Shown here: positions 8,438-18,463 of the stretch, one piece after another
How positions within the stretch are numbered: position 1 is the stretch's first letter
Layout: each line of letters begins with the position of its first letter
Origin: Candidatus Heimdallarchaeota archaeon
GTDB taxonomy: Archaea > Asgardarchaeota > Heimdallarchaeia > JABLTI01
Direction of reading: 5' to 3'
DNA: 64,000 nucleotides
Assembly (NCBI GenBank): GCA_018238155.1
Contig: JABCTZ010000032.1
Coordinates: 298,491-362,490, forward strand
Program-made: the position numbers and the translations under genes
Notes under the pieces: model-generated
Database searches by the model: none
The model's input: only the letters and a program-made list of their open reading frames with translations
Told to the model about the DNA's origin: nothing

Positions 8438-10164
8438 GAATTACTAACGGTTATCTTGTCGATCCTGCTAATGGTATAGTTGGGGAGAACAAAGATGTTT
8501 TTGTTATCGATGGGAAAATTGTAGAAGAAAGTGAAATTCGTTCAGATATGAAAATCAAAGTTATAGATGCTTCTGGTAAAGTTGTAATGCCTGGTGGAGT
8601 TGATATTCACGCCCATATTGCAGGTCCCAAAGTCAACTCTGGAAGGTTACTAAGACCAGAAGATCATATTATTGATCCATTAAATAAGACTGCTGTTGCT
8701 CGTTCAGGAACTGGTCGTTCGGTTCCATCTACATACTACACTGGGTATGCATATGCTCGCTTAGGATATACTTTTGCAATGGAACCAGCAATGCCGCCTC
8801 TAGAAGCACGACATACACATGAAGAGTTAATGGATATTCCAATTATTGATAAAGGCGCCTATACTCTTTTGGGGAGTAATTGGTTTGTCTTAGAACGCAT
8901 TAGTGAGATGAACAAAGATGAAATGGCTGCTTTTGTTGCTTGGTTGCTCAAAGCCTCTGGTGGATATTCAATTAAATTGGTAAATCCCGGTGGAGAAGAA
9001 ACTTGGGCATGGGGTCAGAATGTTCACTCTTTAGATGATTTAGTAGGTTCGTTCAAAGCTACTCCAAGGAAAATTATTAAAACATTGGCTGGAGTAAATG
9101 AACGATTATCACTACCTCAAACAATTCATTTGCATACCAATAATTTGGGCATTCCAGGTAATCATGATGTTACTTTGGAAACTATGAATGCAGTAAAAGG
9201 CATTAAACCTGCAAAAGGTAGAAAAACAAATATGCATTTAACCCACATTCAATTTTCTTCGTACGGTGGCAAGGGTTGGGAAGATTTCTGTTCTGAAGCT
9301 CCAGAGATAGCTCATTATATCAATAAGAATGATCATGTTTCTTGTGATGTCGGTCAAATTATCTTTACTAATACTACAACAATGACTGCTGATGGTGCAT
9401 GGGAATGGACTTTGAGAGGAATCACTGAACATCTAGCATGGTCACCTCGCTCTGGTTCAAAATGGATGAATACTCAAGTGGAACTTGAATCTAGCTCTGG
9501 TGTTGTACCTTATATCTTCAGAAGAAAAAATCCAGTAAATGCTATTCAATGGGCTATTGGGTTAGAGTTTCTCTTAATGATTAAAAACTTAAACAAAGTA
9601 AATATTTCAACAGATCATCCAAATGGTGGTCCATTTACTTTCTATCCAAAAATTTTCAGCTGGTTAATGAGTAAAGATGCTCGAGATAGAATGCTTTCAA
9701 GAACAGATAAAGCAGCAAAAGAAAAAACATCTTTAGCAGAACTAACTCGCGAATTTTCATTGGCAGAAATAGCTCAAGTAAGTAGAGTCAGTGCTTCGAA
9801 AATACTCGGTTTGAAAAATAAAGGTCACTTAGGTATCGGTGCAGATGCAGATATTGCTATCTATGATTTCAAAATACCTTTAGATGAGTTAAATAAAAAT
9901 TACAAAGCTGTGGAAAAAGGCTTTGGAAAAGCTGCATACACAATTAAGGATGGAGAATTGGTTCTTAAGGATGGAGTGATTATCTCGAGTCCGTTCGGTA
10001 GAACTTTTCGAGTTGAAGCAAATATACCTGAAGATTGGACTCTCCAAATCAGGGATGCAATTGAGGATCGATTCAGAAAGCATTATACCGTGAGCTTGGC
10101 AAATTATGCTGTGCAAAAAGAATATTTCCCAAATGAGGAATTGATCACAACTGAACTTCAATAA
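8404..10164 (+). CDS. fwdA: Formylmethanofuran dehydrogenase subunit A (amidohydrolase); start non-canonical
   Basis: PGGVDIHAH, KLVNPGG, STDHPNGGPF, KGHLGIGADADIA. The conserved N-terminus LRITNGYLVDPANG...DGKIVE lies in frame upstream of ATG 8548; ATT 8404 is proposed as start. Confidence 0.93.
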   Translation: MSSKKKKSKGLRITNGYLVDPANGIVGENKDVFVIDGKIVEESEIRSDMKIKVIDASGKVVMPGGVDIHAHIAGPKVNSGRLLRPEDHIIDPLNKTAVARSGTGRSVPSTYYTGYAYARLGYTFAMEPAMPPLEARHTHEELMDIPIIDKGAYTLLGSNWFVLERISEMNKDEMAAFVAWLLKASGGYSIKLVNPGGEETWAWGQNVHSLDDLVGSFKATPRKIIKTLAGVNERLSLPQTIHLHTNNLGIPGNHDVTLETMNAVKGIKPAKGRKTNMHLTHIQFSSYGGKGWEDFCSEAPEIAHYINKNDHVSCDVGQIIFTNTTTMTADGAWEWTLRGITEHLAWSPRSGSKWMNTQVELESSSGVVPYIFRRKNPVNAIQWAIGLEFLLMIKNLNKVNISTDHPNGGPFTFYPKIFSWLMSKDARDRMLSRTDKAAKEKTSLAELTREFSLAEIAQVSRVSASKILGLKNKGHLGIGADADIAIYDFKIPLDELNKNYKAVEKGFGKAAYTIKDGELVLKDGVIISSPFGRTFRVEANIPEDWTLQIRDAIEDRFRKHYTVSLANYAVQKEYFPNEELITTELQ

Positions 10165-10182
10165 TGTTATTTGGTGGATAAG

Positions 10183-11010
10183 ATGAAGCAAATAATACTG
10201 ACGCAAAAACAACCGGTAATTAATCCAAAAATTCCAATAGAAGCTGATGTTATATCTCCTGATATTTTTACAAAGAAGAGTATTGAGGAAATAAAACAAT
10301 TGATAATCTGGCGTGGAAATAGACAATTACCTCTCGAAGAAGTTTTTAGCTTGACTGGAGAAGAACACGTTGGAGATTCTACGGCAGAAATAGAAATAGT
10401 ACTCATTGGTGAATTATCAAAGTACAAGCATGTTGGCGAAAAAATGTCAGCAGGAAAAATCACAATTAAAAGTTCTATTGGAATGCATTTAGGATCACAA
10501 ATGTCTGGGGGAAAGATCATTGTAGAAGGAGATGTACATGATTTTGCAGGCGCAAACATGACTGGTGGAGAGATTCAAATTCAAGGTAATGCAGGACATT
10601 ATTTAGGAGGTTCAATGCGAGGGAATTGGCGTGGGATGAGTGGTGGCAAAATCAAAGTAGATGGCAATGTCTTGAATGAGTGTGGTATATGGATGCGAAA
10701 AGGTATCATTGAAATCGATGGTTCCGCAACAATGTTTCTTGGTATGCATTTGCACAGGGGAACAATTATTGTTCATGGAGATGTTATTGAGAGAGCAGGA
10801 GCAGAGATGACCGGTGGAGAGGTAATCATCCTTGGAAAACTACATAAAAATCTTCCATCATTTGAATTCAAAGAAATAATTGATGAATTACCTGTAGAAG
10901 GTTTTGGAACAATTAAAGGTCCTTTGCTGGTGTTTATTGGAGATTATGCTGAAAGAAAACAAGGGAAGATGTTTTTGCTTAAAAAGAAAAATGAACATCT
11001 TATTGATTGA
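10183..11010 (+). CDS. fwdC: Formylmethanofuran dehydrogenase subunit C
   Basis: GxxMxGGxIxxxG repeats, RGNWRGMSGG; SD GGTGG before ATG 10183. Confidence 0.95.
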   Translation: MKQIILTQKQPVINPKIPIEADVISPDIFTKKSIEEIKQLIIWRGNRQLPLEEVFSLTGEEHVGDSTAEIEIVLIGELSKYKHVGEKMSAGKITIKSSIGMHLGSQMSGGKIIVEGDVHDFAGANMTGGEIQIQGNAGHYLGGSMRGNWRGMSGGKIKVDGNVLNECGIWMRKGIIEIDGSATMFLGMHLHRGTIIVHGDVIERAGAEMTGGEVIILGKLHKNLPSFEFKEIIDELPVEGFGTIKGPLLVFIGDYAERKQGKMFLLKKKNEHLID

Positions 11011-11021
11011 TTAATTAATTA

Positions 11022-11735
11022 TCATTTCCCTGTAAAGACACTTCTAGAAGCAACATCATATATTGTTTCAAGTAAATTAAGATTGGCAATATCTTGGTTG
11101 AAATTAATTTTTCCATCAATATTAACTTCTAAATCCAGAAGAAAACTAACTTCTTTTATTTGTAATTTTATTTGGTGATTTTTTGGTTTGTAAGTTTTAA
11201 GTGTAGATAAAAACGTTTCATTATTATGAATGATTACTTCTAAATCCCCAGAGAGGAACTCACTAATGGTCAAATTATTAATAGTCAAAGTTTTAGCTAT
11301 AACCTCTAATCTCGTTTTTGATAATTTTAAATAGAATTTTTCTAAATCAATTTCACAAGGAGAAAATCGTAAGTTTATTTTTTTACTCAGATAATCTATT
11401 GCTTTTTTTATATGAGATGATTTCCCTGTGAATATACAAAGATAAATTCCTGTTGGTGTTTCCAAATCAGTTGGAGGATCGAGTATCTTTATTTTTGTAT
11501 CTTGATAAATAACCATATTTTCTGATCGCATAGCAGGAAGAGTTCTATGTGGAAAGAAGAATTTTTTTTCGGTCATTTGATAATATTTGCCTTGGAAATA
11601 ACTACTTGCTAACGGATCAAAGGTAATAAATTCAGTATCAATTGAAGGATCACCAAAATCTATACTTGCAAATTGCTCCTCTGTGAGATGTTCTTCTCCT
11701 ATCAAATATCCCCAGAATAGGCTTATAGAATTCAT
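11022..11735 (-). CDS. Hypothetical protein
   Basis: 237-aa ORF with GAGG SD; no motif recognised. Confidence 0.6.
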   Translation of the reverse strand: MNSISLFWGYLIGEEHLTEEQFASIDFGDPSIDTEFITFDPLASSYFQGKYYQMTEKKFFFPHRTLPAMRSENMVIYQDTKIKILDPPTDLETPTGIYLCIFTGKSSHIKKAIDYLSKKINLRFSPCEIDLEKFYLKLSKTRLEVIAKTLTINNLTISEFLSGDLEVIIHNNETFLSTLKTYKPKNHQIKLQIKEVSFLLDLEVNIDGKINFNQDIANLNLLETIYDVASRSVFTGK

Positions 11736-11816
11736 GTAGTTTTTACCTCAATAAATCTATAATGTATTAATGTACAAGTCTACTTAATAAAAATTTCATT
11801 GGAACATTGAAGGAAA

Positions 11817-12398
11817 TCATTGATTTTGCATATAACGTTGCTGTGGAGTCAAATCTTCCTCTTCCTCTGCTTCTTTCAGTATCTTATTTCTAATTTTAAT
11901 TATTGCATATATTATTATACTGAGAAAAAATATTGCTGCGAGTGCTGAAATCAAACCAATTATTGTCGGTGATAAATTCCCTTCATTTGATTCTAGTTTC
12001 AAATTTAAATTTGCTTGTACACTCTTTGGATTATAAAAGACGAAGAAAATTTCTCCATCTTGATTTGTGGTAACTTTCCCGGTATCGAATTTTCCCTCAG
12101 TATACAAGAGGCTTTCAAAGTATGTGGACCTTTTCATTAAATTCATCGCTTGTATTGTTGTATAATCCGCTTCTGAAACTGGTGTTCCTTGGATTTCAAT
12201 ATCACTTGACCACTCATAATTAACAATTGAGTTAGCAGTAAAATTCTCATCTTCAAATATGAAGTACCAATTTTGAGCTGGAAGAATATACGAATTTTCG
12301 ACAGGCTCAGTGCTTTCAATAGTAGAATATGTAAGAATTTGCAGTGAAATTGATAACAGGATTACAATTGATAGGATGTTTTTAGTTTTGGACTTCAT
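11817..12398 (-). CDS. Type I membrane protein, possible GOLD/p24-like ectodomain
   Basis: Signal-like N-terminus, beta-rich domain with TTNQDGEIFFVFYNP, C-terminal TM and short tail. Confidence 0.5.
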   Translation of the reverse strand: MKSKTKNILSIVILLSISLQILTYSTIESTEPVENSYILPAQNWYFIFEDENFTANSIVNYEWSSDIEIQGTPVSEADYTTIQAMNLMKRSTYFESLLYTEGKFDTGKVTTNQDGEIFFVFYNPKSVQANLNLKLESNEGNLSPTIIGLISALAAIFFLSIIIYAIIKIRNKILKEAEEEEDLTPQQRYMQNQ

Positions 12399-12505
12399 AT
12401 TTCGTTTCTCTCTTGAAGATGTATGTAAGGATGGATAATATCTAACAATCATTTAAACAGCTTTTCATTAATATTTCCGTTTAAAATAAAAAAATTACCT
12501 TGTAT

Positions 12506-13654
12506 TCAAACTTCTATTCCTTTCTGCTTTTTTTTGACATAGATGTAAATCATAACTCCTATACCAATAACTGTAAGCGGAATGATTGTTGCGTTTATAA
12601 CAACTCTTCCAACGAAGAACTTTGGTATCTCTGTCTGCACTTCATGCACTGGTTTAGTTAATGGATATCTATCTCTACCTTTTGCTTTCCCATCAATTTT
12701 ATATGAGAGTATACCATTCCAATCTGACCAGTAGTTTCCTTCTCTGGTTTCTTTGTCATACCATACAACTTTTTCATACCCTTCATAGAATGCTTGACTA
12801 GTTGCTTTAGCATTCAAGTTATTATTTGCAAAAGTATTATGATGGATGGTAGTTTCTAGACCATTTATAATTCTTATAGCAACGGATGTAGAATTCTCTA
12901 TTAAATTATAAGTTATATTATTGTATATTCCATTCAGTTCATAATAATTTGAAATAAAGATACAATATTCATTATTTAGTAAAGAATTGTTATGGATATT
13001 GAAATCATTTAAATCACTACTGCATGCTATTGCATGAAAATTTTCATAAAAGTAATTGTTAGCAATGTTTGTAAAAACATTATCACCTGGTAATGAATAG
13101 GATCGTATACCGTATTCATTATTTCTAAAAGTGTTGTGTAAAATATCAATCCCCGTTGTGTTACCAATTTGAATTGATTCGTAATTCTGCTCAAAAAGAT
13201 TATCAAAAATTATTATTTCATCACACTTGAACAAATATAGTCCAACAACATTGTCAATAAATGAATTGTTCTGAATTTTTATTGTTCCAGATTCGACTTC
13301 TACCAAAACTAATCCACTATGTGCAGAATCAATTGTACAGTTTTGGATAACAATATACTTTGTTGTATTATAAACTGTTATCGCTGAATGCATATTAGTA
13401 TCAATTCCATAATTTTCTATTCGATACGGATTCTCAAAAGTCCCCTCTCCGGGAAAACCATAATCTGTTAGGTTCTTGTCTGAGCCGATTTCAATTTCAA
13501 AAATGGAATTTGTATTAGAGATTCTAGATTTTAGATTATCTCTAGTGTTAAATGAAACACTACTTTTAGCACTCACATTATCACAAATACCTGGAATCAA
13601 AAATGAATTAGAAGAAAATAATAATATAAAAAAGATAATGTTTGCTTTTTTCAA
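12506..13654 (-). CDS. NosD/CASH-type parallel beta-helix surface protein with C-terminal TM
   Basis: FPGEGTFENPYRIEN, repeated NNxFxxN, GNYWSDW, DRYPL; probable TTG start at 13654 after AAGGGGA. Confidence 0.85.
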   Translation of the reverse strand: MKKANIIFFILLFSSNSFLIPGICDNVSAKSSVSFNTRDNLKSRISNTNSIFEIEIGSDKNLTDYGFPGEGTFENPYRIENYGIDTNMHSAITVYNTTKYIVIQNCTIDSAHSGLVLVEVESGTIKIQNNSFIDNVVGLYLFKCDEIIIFDNLFEQNYESIQIGNTTGIDILHNTFRNNEYGIRSYSLPGDNVFTNIANNYFYENFHAIACSSDLNDFNIHNNSLLNNEYCIFISNYYELNGIYNNITYNLIENSTSVAIRIINGLETTIHHNTFANNNLNAKATSQAFYEGYEKVVWYDKETREGNYWSDWNGILSYKIDGKAKGRDRYPLTKPVHEVQTEIPKFFVGRVVINATIIPLTVIGIGVMIYIYVKKKQKGIEV

Positions 13655-13940
13655 GTTAATCCCCTTTATTCTAAGTTGCAATACATTGTTCAAGTTATTA
13701 AATAATATTGAATTAAGCTCGTTAATAAATGAGCTTTTCTCAACATTAATCAAAAGAAGATTTGTTTGTACAATACTTTGCATTTGAAGAATAATCATAA
13801 TTTTGATTGTCTTTTTCATTTCTATCTAGATATATGTTAGTATGAACACAAATATCAAGTAATTTTATTTAAACAGCTTTTTATTGGAACTTGTTATATT
13901 AATAATAATAAATACAAGTAGTTTTGTAGAATGAAGTGAG

Positions 13941-16142
13941 ATGATACATATGCGTTCCTCAAAATCAATTAAGTTCATGATTATTCTAATGCTAATAATT
14001 CTCCCAATTGTAAGTAATCGCACGATATTTTCGGTGGAAAAGTATCTTACCAACCCAACAGCATCTCCTAATTCGAGCTGGTTGACATCCGCAAGAATTG
14101 CTGGAGATGATTTTTGGGAAGATATGACTGATGAAGAGGTTCGCGAAAAAGTTCAAAATCTTGTGCAGCAAAATGTCAATGTTTTAGAATTAGATATAGG
14201 TTTGATTCATCTCTATGAAACTTTCTTCAATCCTGAAATCTATATCCAAGCGACAGAGCAAATAGTAGAAATTGCTCACGAAGAAGGGTTAGCGGTTGTT
14301 GAATATATTTCCGGCTTTGAAATAATAACGGAAGGTGCAAACAAAAAAGAACATTCTGTTTTAATGGATCATCCTGATTGGTTACAACAAGATCTTCAAG
14401 GAAATTATGCTGTTTATGGTTCAGAATTAGGTTTCTGGGTAGAACGTGGAGATGAATCTGCTTGGGTTACTCCTTTAGCTACTGAGTGGAGAAATCAATA
14501 TCTTTCAATAGTTGCTGATTTAGCTGCGACAGGTGTTGATGGAATCTATATTGATATTCCTTATTGGAAAGTGTGGTATAGTGATACTAATGAATATACT
14601 TGGGGAAGCTTTGATTCTTATACTATCGCAGAATTTGAAAAAAGATTTGGACATTCACCACCCCAAACAGAGCTAGAATTCACTTTGAGCAATCCAGTAT
14701 TTATTGAATGGCTCCAATTTAGAATTGACATTGTAAATGAATTCTTTGAAGACGTATCTAGCATCGCAAAGGCAATCAACCCTGAGATAAAAATTATCGC
14801 TGAATTGTATCTAGCTCAAGGTATACATGGTTTGTACTCAGGGGCAGATCCATATTTTCTATATGATCATGTAGATGCAATTGCACATGAATTTGGAGTA
14901 AACGGCGATGCAAAAGTGATGAATGAGGAGTTATGGCTATATACAGTAATAAAGAATTTAATTTATAGAGCTCTGGATTTTGAACATCCTAGTTGGATTT
15001 TAGATTATGCTGATGAACAATTAGATTCAACTGTGCTTGCAGCTGCAAATGTTTTATTTGAAGGCAATTTTTGGGAAACAAAAGGACCTGAAATGGCTGA
15101 TACTGTAGGATTAGATTTTAGAAAAGAACTGTTTGATTGGATACAGAGTAATGACCAATATCTCTATGATTCATGGGAAGTGATGGAACCTGTTGCTGTT
15201 TATTTCAGTCCACAAACAAGAAATTTCGTCTATTCATTAAATGCTTCACAAGAGCCAATTGTCGAATCTGGAGGACTCTTTGCTGATCAAATTTGGGAAA
15301 GTTATGATGAATATATTGGAGGGCACCATTGTTATGACTTGTATGGTATTACAGCGATGCTACTTCAATCCCATACTCCAGTGAAAATTATTACCTCGAG
15401 ACATTTACCATATTTAGATGAATTGGATGTACAAATTTTAATTCTACCTGATGTTGCAGCATTAAACACTTCTGAAATGGATTATATTCAAGATTTTGCT
15501 ACAACGAAACCGGTAATTTCAACGGCTCTAACTTCATTATATTTTCATAACGGAACTCAACGCACAGATTTTGGATTAGAAACATTTTTTGGCACTAATT
15601 ATGCTTCAAATGATTTACTGGTGAATAATGAAAATTCAACATATATTCGTAATAGAATCGGAGAAGAATATTGGTGCGATATTCTCTTTGGTAATGAAAA
15701 TGATGCATCAACAAAGTTGAATCATTTCTTAGAAGAAATTCTCTCAGAAAAAGCAAATTATTCTTCACCAATAACTACAACTGCAAGCTCATATACGTTA
15801 TTGAATCCGTATATCAATTCTACTGATTTAATTGTGAAAATTACTAATTTCAAAGGAACAAGTAAAAACAGTCAAAATCCTGATCCTGCGAAATTTCACT
15901 TAAAAATTGTTGATTCAAAAAACAATCAATACATAGCTCTTGATGAAATACAACTAACATTTGGTGGAATAGTGCATTTTAATGGAAGTAGTTTGGTATT
16001 ACTTTCTGAATTATTTTTAGATATACAAGATACTAATTGGTATATTTGGGGTTTCAGTATTGGTGGCGGAGTTGTTCTAATTACAGTTTGCATTACCTTA
16101 TTTTACTCCATTAAAAGGAAGAAGAAGATTGGAAACACTTGA
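13941..16142 (+). CDS. Membrane-anchored glycoside-hydrolase-like protein (TIM barrel plus beta-galactosidase trimerisation-like domain)
   Basis: HPDWLQQD, GVDGIYID, EFEKRFG, WLQFR, VAVYFSPQTR, LILPDVAAL; signal peptide and C-terminal TM. Confidence 0.7.
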   Translation: MIHMRSSKSIKFMIILMLIILPIVSNRTIFSVEKYLTNPTASPNSSWLTSARIAGDDFWEDMTDEEVREKVQNLVQQNVNVLELDIGLIHLYETFFNPEIYIQATEQIVEIAHEEGLAVVEYISGFEIITEGANKKEHSVLMDHPDWLQQDLQGNYAVYGSELGFWVERGDESAWVTPLATEWRNQYLSIVADLAATGVDGIYIDIPYWKVWYSDTNEYTWGSFDSYTIAEFEKRFGHSPPQTELEFTLSNPVFIEWLQFRIDIVNEFFEDVSSIAKAINPEIKIIAELYLAQGIHGLYSGADPYFLYDHVDAIAHEFGVNGDAKVMNEELWLYTVIKNLIYRALDFEHPSWILDYADEQLDSTVLAAANVLFEGNFWETKGPEMADTVGLDFRKELFDWIQSNDQYLYDSWEVMEPVAVYFSPQTRNFVYSLNASQEPIVESGGLFADQIWESYDEYIGGHHCYDLYGITAMLLQSHTPVKIITSRHLPYLDELDVQILILPDVAALNTSEMDYIQDFATTKPVISTALTSLYFHNGTQRTDFGLETFFGTNYASNDLLVNNENSTYIRNRIGEEYWCDILFGNENDASTKLNHFLEEILSEKANYSSPITTTASSYTLLNPYINSTDLIVKITNFKGTSKNSQNPDPAKFHLKIVDSKNNQYIALDEIQLTFGGIVHFNGSSLVLLSELFLDIQDTNWYIWGFSIGGGVVLITVCITLFYSIKRKKKIGNT

Positions 16143-16857
16143 TGTTGTAATCTTGTTTGTAATTGATCAATGCATTGATAGTTTATCAGTTCCTATCTTT
16201 GTTACCTTTTTTTGAATAACAGGTTTTCTTACTCATATACCAATCTAGGAAAGATAATTCGTTTTAGGCGTTTATTCTGAAACATTTATATTTAGCTTCC
16301 ATTAATCTTTGTTTAATCAAACTATGAAGGTGGAATAATGCATAGAAGGGGTCGCCAAATTTGTTACTAAACAGGTTCTTAAATCAGTCGTAGGTAACTT
16401 CAAGGTATCTCTGCTAACGCAACATTTTCATGATGATTCTGGAATGAATTTCTTATTGTATTTCCCAGCACAGAAGATGGGTACGTTTAGCTGTCCTAAA
16501 TTCCAACAGCTTCAGTCGAATAATCCCTCTTGGCATCAAGAGGATAATAGTAGTATGGATAACATAACCTCTAACTTTCCTACTTCAAAAGAGGAATTTT
16601 GTAAGGTTTTTCCTGTAGTTCTAACAGAAAATCTGTTAGTCGCTTTGACACAAGAAAGTGAACTTGAGGATTGTATTTCTCCACAATCGTGGAATAATAC
16701 AGAAAACATTCACCTATTAGCCCTTCTTAGTTGGTTTGTTAGTGGATGGTCATTTCTTCTCAGTTTCTTTGAAAGCCTCAATCATATCTTATCTTCACAG
16801 GTTTTGAAAGATAGCGCTCGTTTGTGTGAAATTCTCTGCTCAATAATTCGTCTTTTT

Positions 16858-16878
16858 ATTATTATTATTATTATTATT
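16858..16878. repeat. (ATT)7 microsatellite
   Basis: Seven consecutive ATT units about 85 bp upstream of the radical SAM start. Confidence 0.9.
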
Positions 16879-16962
16879 TGCATTAGCTAAAGCTTTGATT
16901 TCTATTCTTGAAACGAAAGCTTGCTCTGCGATAATATTTTTTGTTATTTAGGTGATAATTTT

Positions 16963-18462
16963 ATGAAAAAAATTGTTGAATTAATATCAATATCCTTTCC
17001 GGGAAGAGACTTGAACCTTGGACCAGTTTATCTTAAGAATTATGCTCTTAAGAACAAACACGTTGCTAACAACTACACTATCAACATCTCACAATTCGAT
17101 AAAGACACGTCGGCTTCTGAATTGCTAGATTGCTTGTTGAGTCGAAATGCCCGTATTTATGGTTTTTCAACTTATGTGTGGAATTATGATTTGGTCATAG
17201 ACGTATCAAGAATGCTAAAAAAGGAGCGACCTGAAGCAACAATAATTTTAGGTGGACCTGAGGCTGCCGGTTTAGCAGAAAAACTTCTTCTGCAACATCC
17301 CTTTTTGGATTATATTTTTGTAGGAGAAAGTGAAATCTCATTTTCTGCGTTTCTTGAATCTACAGAACTACAAGAGATTCCTGGCTTAGCTTATAGGAAA
17401 AATGATTCTGTTATGATAAATCCTGAATGTTTCGTTGAAGATCTAAACTCTTTAGTTCTTCCCTATGAATGTGAAGAGTATCGAACATATATTGATAATG
17501 CTCCTGCTCCAGTTCGCTCGGCTATTGAAACTTCTCGAGGTTGCCCATTCCGATGCAGATATTGTACTTGGGGTGGAACAAAGATGCGCTACTTTAGTTT
17601 GGAAAAATTAAAACCTGCCTTCGAATATCTCTTCAATCATCCAAATGTTAAAACAGTCTATATTACTGATTCAAACCCTTTTCTCCGACGAAGAAGAACG
17701 ATTGAATTACTCGAGATGTTGATTCAGTTAAACGTACATAGAAAATCTATCACTTTTGAGCTTGCTCCAGAATATATGACTGATGAAAGTATATTGGCTC
17801 TCATACCAAAACTATGCGATGATGAATTTGCTTTGGGTGTACAGTCTACATCCCCTACTGTTTTAGCTTTGATGGATAGGCGATTTAATTCTGAAAGATA
17901 TTTGAAGAATATTGATTTGATGAAAAGCAAAAATCCTGATATACGACTCTGGTTCAGCTTAATCATTGGATTGCCTGGGGATAGCTATAGTCAATTCTTG
18001 AACTCTCTTGACTTTGTTATTAATATGCAACCAGAAGGTGTCTATGTTCATGAACTACTCTGCTTACCTGGTTCTGAATTCTACAAGAATCCTGAAAAAT
18101 ATGGTATAGAATACATGGATGTACCACCTCATAAGGTTTTGAAAAATAAAACTTTTCCAGAGGAACAATATAACAAGGCAAAATTGCTCTCGTATTTTGT
18201 GTACCTTCTCCATCGGGTAGAATCTCTTCGGAAGAATTTTTACAATATGGGTAATGGTAAAGATTCTTCTCTGCGCCTCATTGATCACTATGAGCGTTTT
18301 GTGAGTTTTCTAGATGGCAAGCTTGATGCTTTGGCTGGAAAGGAAATTTCTGAGGTTTCTTCGTGGATTTTTGAACAAATGGCTAATGATTTTTTAGCGA
18401 AAGAAGAAAATATCACAAAACTGGAATCACTATATGATTCTTTTTTGAATGAGGGTGTTTAG
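16963..18462 (+). CDS. Cobalamin-binding radical SAM enzyme (class B-like)
   Basis: B12 domain GFSTYVWN...ILGGPEA...VGESE; ETSRGCPFRCRYC (CxxxCxxC); LIIGLPGDS; SD GGTGA before ATG 16963. Confidence 0.92.
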   Translation: MKKIVELISISFPGRDLNLGPVYLKNYALKNKHVANNYTINISQFDKDTSASELLDCLLSRNARIYGFSTYVWNYDLVIDVSRMLKKERPEATIILGGPEAAGLAEKLLLQHPFLDYIFVGESEISFSAFLESTELQEIPGLAYRKNDSVMINPECFVEDLNSLVLPYECEEYRTYIDNAPAPVRSAIETSRGCPFRCRYCTWGGTKMRYFSLEKLKPAFEYLFNHPNVKTVYITDSNPFLRRRRTIELLEMLIQLNVHRKSITFELAPEYMTDESILALIPKLCDDEFALGVQSTSPTVLALMDRRFNSERYLKNIDLMKSKNPDIRLWFSLIIGLPGDSYSQFLNSLDFVINMQPEGVYVHELLCLPGSEFYKNPEKYGIEYMDVPPHKVLKNKTFPEEQYNKAKLLSYFVYLLHRVESLRKNFYNMGNGKDSSLRLIDHYERFVSFLDGKLDALAGKEISEVSSWIFEQMANDFLAKEENITKLESLYDSFLNEGV

Positions 18463-18463
18463 C

